Shown piece by piece: positions 13,901 to 21,646 of a stretch of 64,000 bases of DNA (position 1 is the first letter of the stretch; the number at the start of each line of letters is the position of its first letter). The notes under the pieces are model-generated. The model was not told the DNA's origin. It worked only from the letters and a program-made list of their open reading frames with translations, and did no database searches. The stretch comes from an uncultured Rhodospirillaceae bacterium. GTDB lineage: Bacteria; Pseudomonadota; Alphaproteobacteria; UBA7887. The position numbers and the translations under genes were made by a program. The stretch covers positions 2,025 through 66,024 of the forward strand of contig CAYPAX010000008.1 in NCBI GenBank assembly GCA_964408735.1. The letters run 5' to 3'.

Positions 13901-14277
13901 CTCGGCAGGCCGCTTTAGCCGAAGGCGAAGAGCTACTGAGCGGATCCTGCGTCGGGCACAATTATTATGGCTTCTACATTGATGCGATGGAGATCGCGCT
14001 TGGCGAGGGCGAGTGGGACGCGTGCGAACGCTATGGCGACGCGCTCGCCGCGTTCATGGCGGAGGAGCCCTTGGCCGGCCCATCGTTCTGGATCGAGCGG
14101 GCGCGGGCGCTGGCTGCGATCGGGCGGGCAGGGGCAGCTGATGACAACCTGAAGGCCGAGGTGGAAAGACTGCTGGAAATCGCCGTTGCAGCTAGTCTCA
14201 CACCGGCGCAGCCGGCCTTGAAAGCAGCGCTTTCCGGCGCGACGAGGCGCCCGGAAAGGTCGATCACCGTCAGCTGA
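10978..14277 (+). CDS. Multidomain signalling protein: double zinc-ribbon, class III adenylate/guanylate cyclase, STAND/AAA ATPase, TPR-like C-terminus
   Basis: Start at ATG 10978 (MDCPGCGAANV), preceded by AGGAG. Two CxxC...CxxC zinc ribbons. Cyclase homology domain (ILFVDLTDYTRL...GDAIMAIYG). Walker A GEAGIGKTRL. Long helical-repeat C-terminus. Confidence 0.85.
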   Translation: MDCPGCGAANVAEARFCAECGTALPGPCASCGTVSPAQAKFCIGCGAALGGANEPAVPAEAEAGDDIERRQVTILFVDLTDYTRLTGSLGAERTHALVRRFFELVDGLVSDHGGIVERHIGDAIMAIYGVPVAHDNDAERAVRTAFAIHNAMPALGSEFGLSLSVHAGVASGLIVASRPDEEGKDYTTVGNSVNLAARLVSLAGAGETVISDAVYRSVIRHVAGEAMGEVSVKGVDRPVRAWRARKLDSEAGAADRHGLVGREAELGQFHSAAQSCLQRGRGQVMHLRGEAGIGKTRLAEEFMTIAGASGFACHNGFVLDFGLGGGQDAIGRIVQTVLGANPDAPIPVRAEAAERAVRGGLVGNDALMFLHVLLDVPLSDDVRPTYDAMDSATRAEGRHACLVTLMRRSAERTPICAIVEDVHWADDALLQALAAVAGASVDAPLLLLLTSRPEGDPLNRHWRSAAGSVALSTIELGPLPEDDALALAAGFPDLSGDALAECVARAEGNPLYLEQLLHGAAAGEDEAVPDSIRSIVLSRLDKLSPPLKRALQAASVLGQRVSPKIVAELTEVGEGYFEELVTLSLLRPEGSEYRFAHALIRDSIYGALLDDQRHDWHRRAAISFGARDEVLEAEHLERAEDPGAARAYLAAGESMRDKADFPRAIDLLGRGLAIVTESSDEIALLEVRCELMREVGMVAESVSGYRRILEITGDDATRCRAWIGIAAGMRVSDSYEEAIDALAQAQQIAEKLVLTFELSQIHYYRGNIYFPMGNIEGCLSEQQLALEHARRAGSVENEARALSGLGDAYYSRGRMATALDYFERCVALCQANGIRRIEAGNRYMIAWCRLYRNEVEGALEEAQRAVSVAVEIGHRRAEVVARLTLGRTLLAAGQDADAAAMLKEGRALVRGIGANRFLPFYAIFEARIGFAAGDAEAALLEGLESDLAISRETGLGFLGPWMLGTMALVGGSGSARQAALAEGEELLSGSCVGHNYYGFYIDAMEIALGEGEWDACERYGDALAAFMAEEPLAGPSFWIERARALAAIGRAGAADDNLKAEVERLLEIAVAASLTPAQPALKAALSGATRRPERSITVS

Positions 14278-14442
14278 ATCGGCACTTTCGGCCATGCACT
14301 GCGCGCATGGCATATCTGCCTTGCATAGTGCGCCGCATGATAGATATTGCAATGCAGCATCAGCGCTCCTATATCACATTTGGCTGGCGACCCCCCTCGC
14401 CGGCCCCCGCACGAATTTGCGGGTGATTCCTCCCTGAACTTG

Positions 14443-14471
14443 GGCCGTGGCACTCTGCCACGGCCTTTTTT
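14443..14471 (+). terminator. Rho-independent terminator candidate
   Basis: GGCCGTGGCA-CTC-TGCCACGGCC is a perfect 10-bp stem followed by TTTTTT. It lies downstream of the 10978..14277 gene. No T-run on the opposite strand. Confidence 0.55.
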
Positions 14472-14473
14472 AC

Positions 14474-15337
14474 TTACTCGGCCGCGCGGGCGTAGGGAGA
14501 GACGTCGGCCAGGGCATCGACGAGCAGCGCCAGGACGCCGGCCAAACGCCGCAGGCCGTCATGGGGGCGCAATGCGGCTTCATCCAGGTACAGAGCCCGG
14601 TTGACTTCGATTTGCAGCGCATGCAGGCCATCGTGCGGGCGGCCGTGGCGAACCGTCGTGAAGCCGCCGGCATAGGGGCGGTTGCGCACGACGGCATATC
14701 CCAATCCGCTGAGCACGGAGTCCGCCTGCGCCGTAAGCTCGGGCATGCAGGCGCCGCCATGGCGGTCGCCGAGCACGAAATCCGGGCCGGGTCCGCCGTG
14801 GTGCACCACCGCTTGCGACGGCATGGAGTGGCAGTCGACAAGAATGGCAAAGCCGAAGCGCGCCGTGGTCTCCTTGAGCAGGGCCGTAAGCGCCTTGTGG
14901 TAAGGGAAGTAGCAACGGTGCAATCGCCGGCGCGCTTCGCTGACGGGCATCTTGCCGCCGTAGATGGCGACGCCGTTGGCCGCGGCGCGCGGCACCACGC
15001 CGAGCCCGGCGCGCACGCGCGGCGAATCCGCATTGGCAAAAGCTGGCAGCGGGCCGTCGAACATGTTTGCGTCAAGCTCGAGCGGCTCGCGGTTGGCATC
15101 CACATAGGTGCGCGGAAACAGAGCCTGGATGACCGGAACGCCAAGCTCCGGCAGCCCGGCCACCAGCGCATCCACATGCGCATCCTCCGAGCGCCGCAGC
15201 TCGGCAAGCCCGAGGCGGCAGCTGGCGAGGAATGCGCTGTCGTAGCGGCGCCCGCTATGAGGCGAGGCGACGACCAGCGGCCGCGTTTGCCGCGGCGGCC
15301 GCAAGATCTCAAAGGGAGGCGCTGTCTCCATCGCCAA
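14474..15337 (-). CDS. N-formylglutamate amidohydrolase family protein (HutG-like)
   Basis: 287-aa ORF with FGase-family features (VVASPHSGRRY...DCHSMP). Confidence 0.75.
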   Translation of the reverse strand: MAMETAPPFEILRPPRQTRPLVVASPHSGRRYDSAFLASCRLGLAELRRSEDAHVDALVAGLPELGVPVIQALFPRTYVDANREPLELDANMFDGPLPAFANADSPRVRAGLGVVPRAAANGVAIYGGKMPVSEARRRLHRCYFPYHKALTALLKETTARFGFAILVDCHSMPSQAVVHHGGPGPDFVLGDRHGGACMPELTAQADSVLSGLGYAVVRNRPYAGGFTTVRHGRPHDGLHALQIEVNRALYLDEAALRPHDGLRRLAGVLALLVDALADVSPYARAAE

Positions 15338-15391
15338 GCAGTATCACCGAAATGCGCTCTATGTCATCATGCTGCGCGAGGAGGGCCGGTC

Positions 15392-15676
15392 ATGGATCTG
15401 AGTCAATTCGAGACATCACTTGACGAGGCGGCTCCACCGGCCGGGATTTCGGCTGCGGTGGCGGCGCTGTGGCAGGCGGCGAAGGGCGATTGGCATGCCG
15501 CCCATGGCCTGGCACAAAGCCAGGACGACAGCGACGGTGCCTGGGTGCATGCCTATCTGCACCGGGTCGAAGGCGATGAGGGCAATGCCGGCTATTGGTA
15601 CCGCCGCGCCGGGCGACCGCACTGTGCGGCGCCGCTGCCCGAGGAATGGCGAGAGATCGCGACCGCGCTTCTCTAG
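15392..15676 (+). CDS. Hypothetical small protein (94 aa)
   Basis: ATG at 15392 preceded by GAGGAGGG. It is the only protein-like part of the long antisense ORF 14447..15676 (MDLSQFETSLDEAAPPAGISAAVAALWQAAKGDWHAAHGLAQ...). Confidence 0.4.
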   Translation: MDLSQFETSLDEAAPPAGISAAVAALWQAAKGDWHAAHGLAQSQDDSDGAWVHAYLHRVEGDEGNAGYWYRRAGRPHCAAPLPEEWREIATALL

Positions 15677-16620
15677 GTGCTGGAGGCGCCATGGCGGCGG
15701 AAATAGCGCCGCGTCGGGAAGGTCGCCTTGATCTCCGCATAGCCACGGCTGGCGGCCGGCAATTGCACCGGCGCCCGGCCCGCCGCCGCCAGCTCCAGCG
15801 CCGCAACCCTCTCGACGGTTCCGGGATGTGTCGAGAACAACGAAGTGGTGCCTTTCGTATCAGCGGGGTAGAGCTGGAGCAGGGTGCGGAAGAAGCCGGG
15901 CGCAGCAACGGCATCGTAGCCGGCAATGTCGAACACACTGAGTATGTGCTGATCGGCCTCGAGCTCGGCATTCTGGGAATAGCCGGCGGTGACGATGCCT
16001 CGCAAGGCGGGCGCCATCTCGTCGATCGCGATGTCGGTGAGCGTGGCGACGGTCGAATCGGTGATCTGGCTTTGCAGCAGGGTGCGACCGCTATCGGTCA
16101 GCGCCTTGGTAAAGCGCTCGGTACGCATCTCGCCAACGGCGTGGCGCAGCTCGATATGGCCGATCTCGTGAGAAAGCACGGCCGCCAACTCGGCGTCGCT
16201 GGAGACATATCGCAGCAATCCCTTGTTGATTCCAAGCTTGCCGCCGGGCAGGGCCCAGGCATTGACCGTGTCGTCATCCAGCACCGTGATCTCCCAGGGC
16301 AGGTTTTGCCGCTTGCTGCTGGCTATCAATGGCTCGGCAAAGCTTTGCATCGCCGATTGGATCTTGCGGTTGCGGTAGGCCCCGCCATAGATGTCGACCA
16401 TCCGCCCGTAAAGCTGATTGCCGATATTGATCTCGTCCTGCTCGGTGATGTTCAGGTCCTGGGCCAGCGTCGTCGCCAGTGAGAGCCCCGTCTGCGCCAG
16501 CAGCTCGGGTGTCACCCCCGGCGCACCTTCGCAGCCGGCCAGGGCCAACAGGCTGGCGCCGCCCGCGAGCATTTGGCGGCGGCTGATGGAGGATGCGGCG
16601 TTTGTCATGATCGGCCTCAT
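15673..16620 (-). CDS. M48 family zinc metalloprotease (HExxH), Tat/lipoprotein-type signal
   Basis: HEIGHIELRH motif. RRQMLAGGASLLALAGC is a twin-arginine/lipobox signal. ATG at 16618-16620 forms an ATGA overlap with the stop of the upstream CHASE2 cyclase gene. Alternative start at 16608. Confidence 0.8.
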   Translation of the reverse strand: MRPIMTNAASSISRRQMLAGGASLLALAGCEGAPGVTPELLAQTGLSLATTLAQDLNITEQDEINIGNQLYGRMVDIYGGAYRNRKIQSAMQSFAEPLIASSKRQNLPWEITVLDDDTVNAWALPGGKLGINKGLLRYVSSDAELAAVLSHEIGHIELRHAVGEMRTERFTKALTDSGRTLLQSQITDSTVATLTDIAIDEMAPALRGIVTAGYSQNAELEADQHILSVFDIAGYDAVAAPGFFRTLLQLYPADTKGTTSLFSTHPGTVERVAALELAAAGRAPVQLPAASRGYAEIKATFPTRRYFRRHGASST

Positions 16621-18734
16621 TTGGTCTTCATTTCGAAGGCGCGATTCCACGGGCGTGCCGGCGGGTTGTCGTGATAGTGCCGGCAGCGCTCAACATAGAG
16701 TATAGCCGCGGAATCGCTTTCCGCCAAAGCTTCGAACGCCTCGGCCGCCTCGGCGAAGCGGCCGCGGTAGTACAGCGCCAGGGCTTCGTGGAAGGCCGCG
16801 ACCTGTTCGTGGTGTGCCGCCCCGGCATTTTCGTGGCGGCATAACACCTCGTAGACGCGCACAGGCTGGGTCTTGCCCTTGACCACGAGCCGGTCGAGGC
16901 GGCGCAGCAGGAAGGTGTCGCGCACCGCGCGCGCGGTGTTTTCGCCGATCATGAGCCTCGTGCCGAATTGCTTGTTGGCGCCTTCGAGACGCGCGGCGAG
17001 GTTCACCGAATCGCCGGTCAGGGTGTAGTTGAGGCGACGCTCGGAGCCCATATTGCCGACCACTGCGATACCGGTGTTGATGCCGATCCGCGTGTTGATG
17101 CCCTGCAGGCCGTAGGTCCGCTCCAGGACTTCTTCATTGAAGCGCGTCAGCGCCTGCTGGCAGTCGAGCGCCGCGTGGATGGCATTGTGGCTCATTTGCT
17201 CGTCGCCGAGCGGCGCCCCCCAGACGGCCATCACCGCATCACCGATATATTTGTCGACATAGCCGCCATTGGCCTCGACGGCGTCGGTCATCAGGGTGAG
17301 ATAGGCGTTGAGGATGTCGACCAGCTTTTCCGGATCGTCCTTGAGCGCTTCCGAGAGCGTGGTGAAGCCTTCGATATCGGAGAAGAAGATGGCGACGGTG
17401 CGCGCCTCGCCGCCGAGCCTGAGCGCCTCCGGGTCACTGGTCAGGCGCTCGACCATCTCGGGCGCCAGGAAATGCTGAAAGGCGTGCTTGACCCAGCGCC
17501 GCGCCCTGTCCTCGACGACGAAGCGATAGGCATAGGCGGCGGCATAGGCGATGGCGGCGGCGGCCATCAGCGCTAGCAGCGGCGCGATGCTGAGATGGTG
17601 CAGGGCGAGCACGGAAAGCAGATCGCTGCCGGCGATGAAAGCTGACAACACACCGAAGCCGGCAAGCGGCGAGAGCGCCGTGAAGGCAAGGAACAGCAGC
17701 GCCGTGGCAAGCCCGACCAGCGCGAAGACGCCGCCGCGCGGCAGCATGGCCGGGGCATTGCCGGCGATCAGCGTGTTGATGGCCGCGGCATGGACATAGA
17801 TGCCGGGAATGGTGCGGCGATCGACAATGGCGCCGAAGCGCTCGGGATCCGCTTCCAGGGCGCAGCGCGGCTGCTGCCAGGTGTTGTGCTCGGCGGTGGC
17901 GAAGCGCTTGGCGGTCAGCGAGCGGTCTTCCAGGTCCAAGGCGAGGCCAATCAACACGATCTTGCCGGCAAAGGCTGAGCGGAAATAGTCGGCATCGCGC
18001 GCCTGGGCGCAGGCCCAGAGGTCGGCGAAGCTGTAGGCCGGGATGTCGCCCGGCCCGGTGTCGTAGTTGATGAGAATATTCTCGTCCGGCACGTCGCTGC
18101 CGGCACGTCGCGCCAGCTCGACGGCAAAGCTGGAGACGCGGCTGCCGTCCTCCGCCTCCCAGCCGCCGGGATAGCGGCGGATGACGTTGTCGCTGTCGAC
18201 CAGCAAGTTGAGCAGGCGAACATTGTCCCAGCCACCGACTGCCTGCACCAACCCGGCATAGGGGCTGATGGTCTCGCCCGACAGGCGCACCTGACCCATC
18301 ACCAGATTGCCCTTTTCGCCGACCCGGCGCAGGGCCTTGCGATAGGGCTTGTCGTAGTCGGCCAGCAGGTCGGGCCGGTCGAGGCTGGTGGGATGGATGA
18401 TGTCGAGCCCGATGGCGCTGGCGCCGACGCCATCGACCAAAGAAAGAATTCCCGCGAGATACGGGGTCCAGGCAACCCGCGGGGTGTCCCGGAATGGCTC
18501 CGTCCGATAACTCTGTTCGTCGATGACCACGGCAACCACGGGCGAGTCTTGCGGTGCGCGTAGCGGCCCGTACAGCGCGTCCCGCTGCGGCAACAGCAGG
18601 TCGATACCGAGGCGCCCCGCATAATCGGCCAGCGGCGAGGCGGCGATGCCGCCGAGCACCGCGCCGAGGCCCAGCCCCAGTGCCAGTCGCCGGCGCCAGA
18701 TGTCGCGTTGGCTATGGACGGATGGCGACGACAC
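16617..18734 (-). CDS. CHASE2 sensor domain-containing adenylate/guanylate cyclase
   Basis: 705-aa ORF: periplasmic CHASE2-like region, transmembrane segments, class III cyclase domain (AIFFSDIEGFTTLSE...GDAVMAVWGAP...GDSVNLAARLE). Confidence 0.85.
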   Translation of the reverse strand: MSSPSVHSQRDIWRRRLALGLGLGAVLGGIAASPLADYAGRLGIDLLLPQRDALYGPLRAPQDSPVVAVVIDEQSYRTEPFRDTPRVAWTPYLAGILSLVDGVGASAIGLDIIHPTSLDRPDLLADYDKPYRKALRRVGEKGNLVMGQVRLSGETISPYAGLVQAVGGWDNVRLLNLLVDSDNVIRRYPGGWEAEDGSRVSSFAVELARRAGSDVPDENILINYDTGPGDIPAYSFADLWACAQARDADYFRSAFAGKIVLIGLALDLEDRSLTAKRFATAEHNTWQQPRCALEADPERFGAIVDRRTIPGIYVHAAAINTLIAGNAPAMLPRGGVFALVGLATALLFLAFTALSPLAGFGVLSAFIAGSDLLSVLALHHLSIAPLLALMAAAAIAYAAAYAYRFVVEDRARRWVKHAFQHFLAPEMVERLTSDPEALRLGGEARTVAIFFSDIEGFTTLSEALKDDPEKLVDILNAYLTLMTDAVEANGGYVDKYIGDAVMAVWGAPLGDEQMSHNAIHAALDCQQALTRFNEEVLERTYGLQGINTRIGINTGIAVVGNMGSERRLNYTLTGDSVNLAARLEGANKQFGTRLMIGENTARAVRDTFLLRRLDRLVVKGKTQPVRVYEVLCRHENAGAAHHEQVAAFHEALALYYRGRFAEAAEAFEALAESDSAAILYVERCRHYHDNPPARPWNRAFEMKTK

Positions 18735-19671
18735 GGGCGGTCAGAACCTCGCCGACCTCAAGCCCAGGATCGATCGAAAACAGGGCCTCGCCAACGCCGG
18801 CCGCGCCCTCGATTCGCACAGCATAAGGGCGGCCGATCGCCAGCGCCGGCGCGTCGTCGGGATAGGTGGCCTGCCCGCCAGCCGCCTCTACCTGCCAGAG
18901 CACCTCGGGCACAGCAAGATCCGCATCAACTATTTGGAGCAAGACTGTGTCGTTGTCATGCCAGGCGAAAGTCGGTTGCGCCACGTTCACCACCTGCTCA
19001 CGCCAGTTGAGACTATCGTTGATGTCGATGCGGTCCACCGTGGCGCCGGCCTCGGAGGCCTGCTCGGGGATAAACAGCGCCAGTTGCTGGCATTGGGTCG
19101 TTTCCGCCGTGATGCGCCCACCGGCGACCTCGCTGCTCGCCATGCCGATGGTAACTGTGCCGCCGCGAATGTGCTCACGGCGGCAGGAATCGAGATATTC
19201 CAGCACCAATTCGCCGTCGTTCCCGAGGGCGATGCTGTCACCAGCAAACAGATAATCGAGCTCATTGAGCTCGCTCTGTGGCGCGGCCGCTATGCTTTGC
19301 ACCATGGCCACGGAGGGTTCGCCCAGGGGCCTGTTTTCCGAGGAGGTGGACACGCCGATTTCATCGAACACGCTTGCCAGGCCGCTGTCCTTGGCTTGAC
19401 GCTGGTGGCCACGACCGCGGCCACGGCCACCACCACCACCGCCCTGGTCTCCGCCTTGCGCCTGCGGGCCACGATCCTCCGGCGGGCCGCCACGATCCTC
19501 GGGCGGGCCGCGGCGCTCTTCGGCCGCCGGGGCAGGGGCGTCTTCTTCGTCGTCGGAGAAAATGTCTTCGAAAGCGTCGAACAGGTCTTCCTGGGCAAAG
19601 ACCGAGGCCGGATAGGCCAGCAGCAGGGCCGCCAAGACCGTTCCCCAGAGACCGATTGCCCGAACTTGCAT
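18712..19671 (-). CDS. Secreted protein with Gly/Arg/acidic low-complexity linker, possible FecR-like partner of the CHASE2 cyclase
   Basis: Signal peptide MQVRAIGLWGTVLAALLLAYPASVFA. GGGGGGRGRGRG linker. 3' end overlaps the cyclase start by 23 nt, so probably co-transcribed. The FecR-like assignment is inference only. Confidence 0.5.
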   Translation of the reverse strand: MQVRAIGLWGTVLAALLLAYPASVFAQEDLFDAFEDIFSDDEEDAPAPAAEERRGPPEDRGGPPEDRGPQAQGGDQGGGGGGRGRGRGHQRQAKDSGLASVFDEIGVSTSSENRPLGEPSVAMVQSIAAAPQSELNELDYLFAGDSIALGNDGELVLEYLDSCRREHIRGGTVTIGMASSEVAGGRITAETTQCQQLALFIPEQASEAGATVDRIDINDSLNWREQVVNVAQPTFAWHDNDTVLLQIVDADLAVPEVLWQVEAAGGQATYPDDAPALAIGRPYAVRIEGAAGVGEALFSIDPGLEVGEVLTARVVAIRP

Positions 19672-19810
19672 GGCCGTCCCCTCCTTGCGCTGTCGCAGGA
19701 GTCTACCAGAACCGCGTCCGCTTGCGAAATATCACCGCCTTCTTCGCCCTTGCCCCGGGCTCGGTGGCGTGCTCAGTTCTGCGGCGGCGAAACCGGAGGA
19801 ATGAGAGGTC

Positions 19811-20638
19811 ATGCTGGACGAAGCGCTGTTGTCGATAAACCAGGCCACGACGCGCGAGCAGTGGTCGCTGTCGCAAGCGGTGGCGGGCTATGCGCGACAT
19901 GGCGTGCATGGGATTGCGGTATGGCACGACAAGCTGCGCGAGGCCGGCCTGGCCGAGGGCGTGCGCCTGTTGCGCGAGCACGACATGACCGTCACCGGCT
20001 ATTGCATCGGCGGGCTCTTGACCTCTCCCGATTACGCGGCCTGGCAATCGGCGCTCGACGACAATCGCCGTGCCATCGAGGAAGCGGCGGCGATCGGGGC
20101 GCAATGCATCGTTTTCGTCGCCGGCGGCCTGGTCGATGGCTCGAAAGACCTGGTCGGCGCCCGGGCGCGTTGCCTGGAAGGGTTGAACGTTCTTCTGCCA
20201 GAGGCCAAGGCGGCCGGTGTGACCATCGCGCTAGAGCCTTTGCATCCCATGATGTGTGCCAGCCGCGCGGTGCTCACCACCCTCGGCGAGGCCAACGACT
20301 GGTGCGACCAGCTTGGCGCCGGCAACGAGCTTGGTATCGCGGTCGATGTCTACCACGTCTGGTGGGACCCCAATCTGGCGCGCGAGATCGGCCGTGCCGG
20401 CAAGCGCGTCGTCGCCTTTCACATCAACGACTGGCTGGAGGACACGCGAGACCTGCGTCTCGACCGTGGCATGATGGGCGATGGCGTGATCGACATTCCG
20501 GGCATCCGCGCCATGGTCGAGAGCACGGGCTACGCCGGCCATCGCGAGGTCGAGATATTCTCCAGCCGCGACTGGTGGCAGCGCGACCCGGACGAGGTGG
20601 TGCGCATCATCAAGGAACGCTATCAGACCGCCGTATAG
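19811..20638 (+). CDS. Sugar phosphate isomerase/epimerase (xylose isomerase-like TIM barrel; IolE-like)
   Basis: 275-aa ORF typical of the AP-endonuclease-2 / xylose isomerase-like TIM family. Confidence 0.8.
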   Translation: MLDEALLSINQATTREQWSLSQAVAGYARHGVHGIAVWHDKLREAGLAEGVRLLREHDMTVTGYCIGGLLTSPDYAAWQSALDDNRRAIEEAAAIGAQCIVFVAGGLVDGSKDLVGARARCLEGLNVLLPEAKAAGVTIALEPLHPMMCASRAVLTTLGEANDWCDQLGAGNELGIAVDVYHVWWDPNLAREIGRAGKRVVAFHINDWLEDTRDLRLDRGMMGDGVIDIPGIRAMVESTGYAGHREVEIFSSRDWWQRDPDEVVRIIKERYQTAV

Positions 20639-20650
20639 GGGAGACGAGCC

Positions 20651-21646
20651 ATGGAGCCTGTTCGCTGGGGCGTGCTCGGCTGTGCCAACATCGCCATGAG
20701 GACCGTCATACCGGCCATGCAGCAAAGCGCGCTGACGCCGGTCGTCGCCATCGCCTCGCGGGATGGCGAAAAGGCGCGTGCCGCCGCCGAAGCGCTTGGC
20801 ATTCCACGGGCGCACGGCAGCTACGAGGCGCTGCTCGCCGATGACGGCATAGACGCGATCTACAATCCCCTGCCCAACAATCTCCACCTCGAATGGAGCG
20901 TCAAGGCGCTGGAGGCGGGCAAGCACGTGCTTTGCGAGAAGCCGCTGACCATGGACGCGGCGCAAGCGGAAGAGATGATCCGCGTGCGCGACCGCACAGG
21001 GCTTTGTGCCGAAGAGGCGATGATGGCCCGCGACCACCCGCAATGGACAGTCGTTCGTGAGCTGATCGATGGCGGTGAGATCGGCGAGCTGCACGCCATG
21101 CAACTGGCCTTCACCTACAACAATCCGAACCCCGCCAATATCCGCAACAAGGTCGAGACCGGCGGCGGCGGCATCTACGACCTCGGCGTCTATACCAGCA
21201 CCATCGCGCGCCTGGTTTTCGACGACGAGCCGAAGCGCCTGGTGGCGCTGGTCGACCACGACCCGAATTTCGGCACCGACCGGCTGGCCTCGGTGATGCT
21301 CGACTTCGGCGCCTCGCGTCAGGCCTGCATGACGGTCGCCACCCAGACCGGGCGCTACCAGCAGGCGCAGATTCTCGGGTCCGAAGGCTGGCTCCGCGTC
21401 GAGTTCCCCTTCGCCCATATGCAGCCGCGCACGGCCTATCTGCATCACTGCCGCAGCCCGGGCTTCGACATCCGGCGCATCGAGGTGCCGGCGGTCAACC
21501 AGTACACGCTGCAAGGCGAGCGCTTCTCGCGGCTGGTGCGCGGCGAGCCGACCACGGAGCGGCCGCTGGAGCTGGCATACGCCGGCATGCGCGTGCTCGA
21601 CGCCATTCGTCGCTCCCACGAGAGCGGCGGCTGGGAGGACGTGTGA
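20651..21646 (+). CDS. Gfo/Idh/MocA family NAD(P)-dependent oxidoreductase (IolG-like)
   Basis: N-terminal Rossmann fold (WGVLGCANIAMRTVIPA) and the EKP motif (CEKPLTM). Confidence 0.85.
   Translation: MEPVRWGVLGCANIAMRTVIPAMQQSALTPVVAIASRDGEKARAAAEALGIPRAHGSYEALLADDGIDAIYNPLPNNLHLEWSVKALEAGKHVLCEKPLTMDAAQAEEMIRVRDRTGLCAEEAMMARDHPQWTVVRELIDGGEIGELHAMQLAFTYNNPNPANIRNKVETGGGGIYDLGVYTSTIARLVFDDEPKRLVALVDHDPNFGTDRLASVMLDFGASRQACMTVATQTGRYQQAQILGSEGWLRVEFPFAHMQPRTAYLHHCRSPGFDIRRIEVPAVNQYTLQGERFSRLVRGEPTTERPLELAYAGMRVLDAIRRSHESGGWEDV

Noticed and set aside
14447-15391. N-terminal 315 aa of the 409-aa + strand ORF 14447..15676
   Set aside because: It is antisense to the N-formylglutamate amidohydrolase gene and has Arg/Ala/Gly-biased composition. 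Only the last 94 aa (15392..15676) have their own ribosome-binding site and protein-like sequence.
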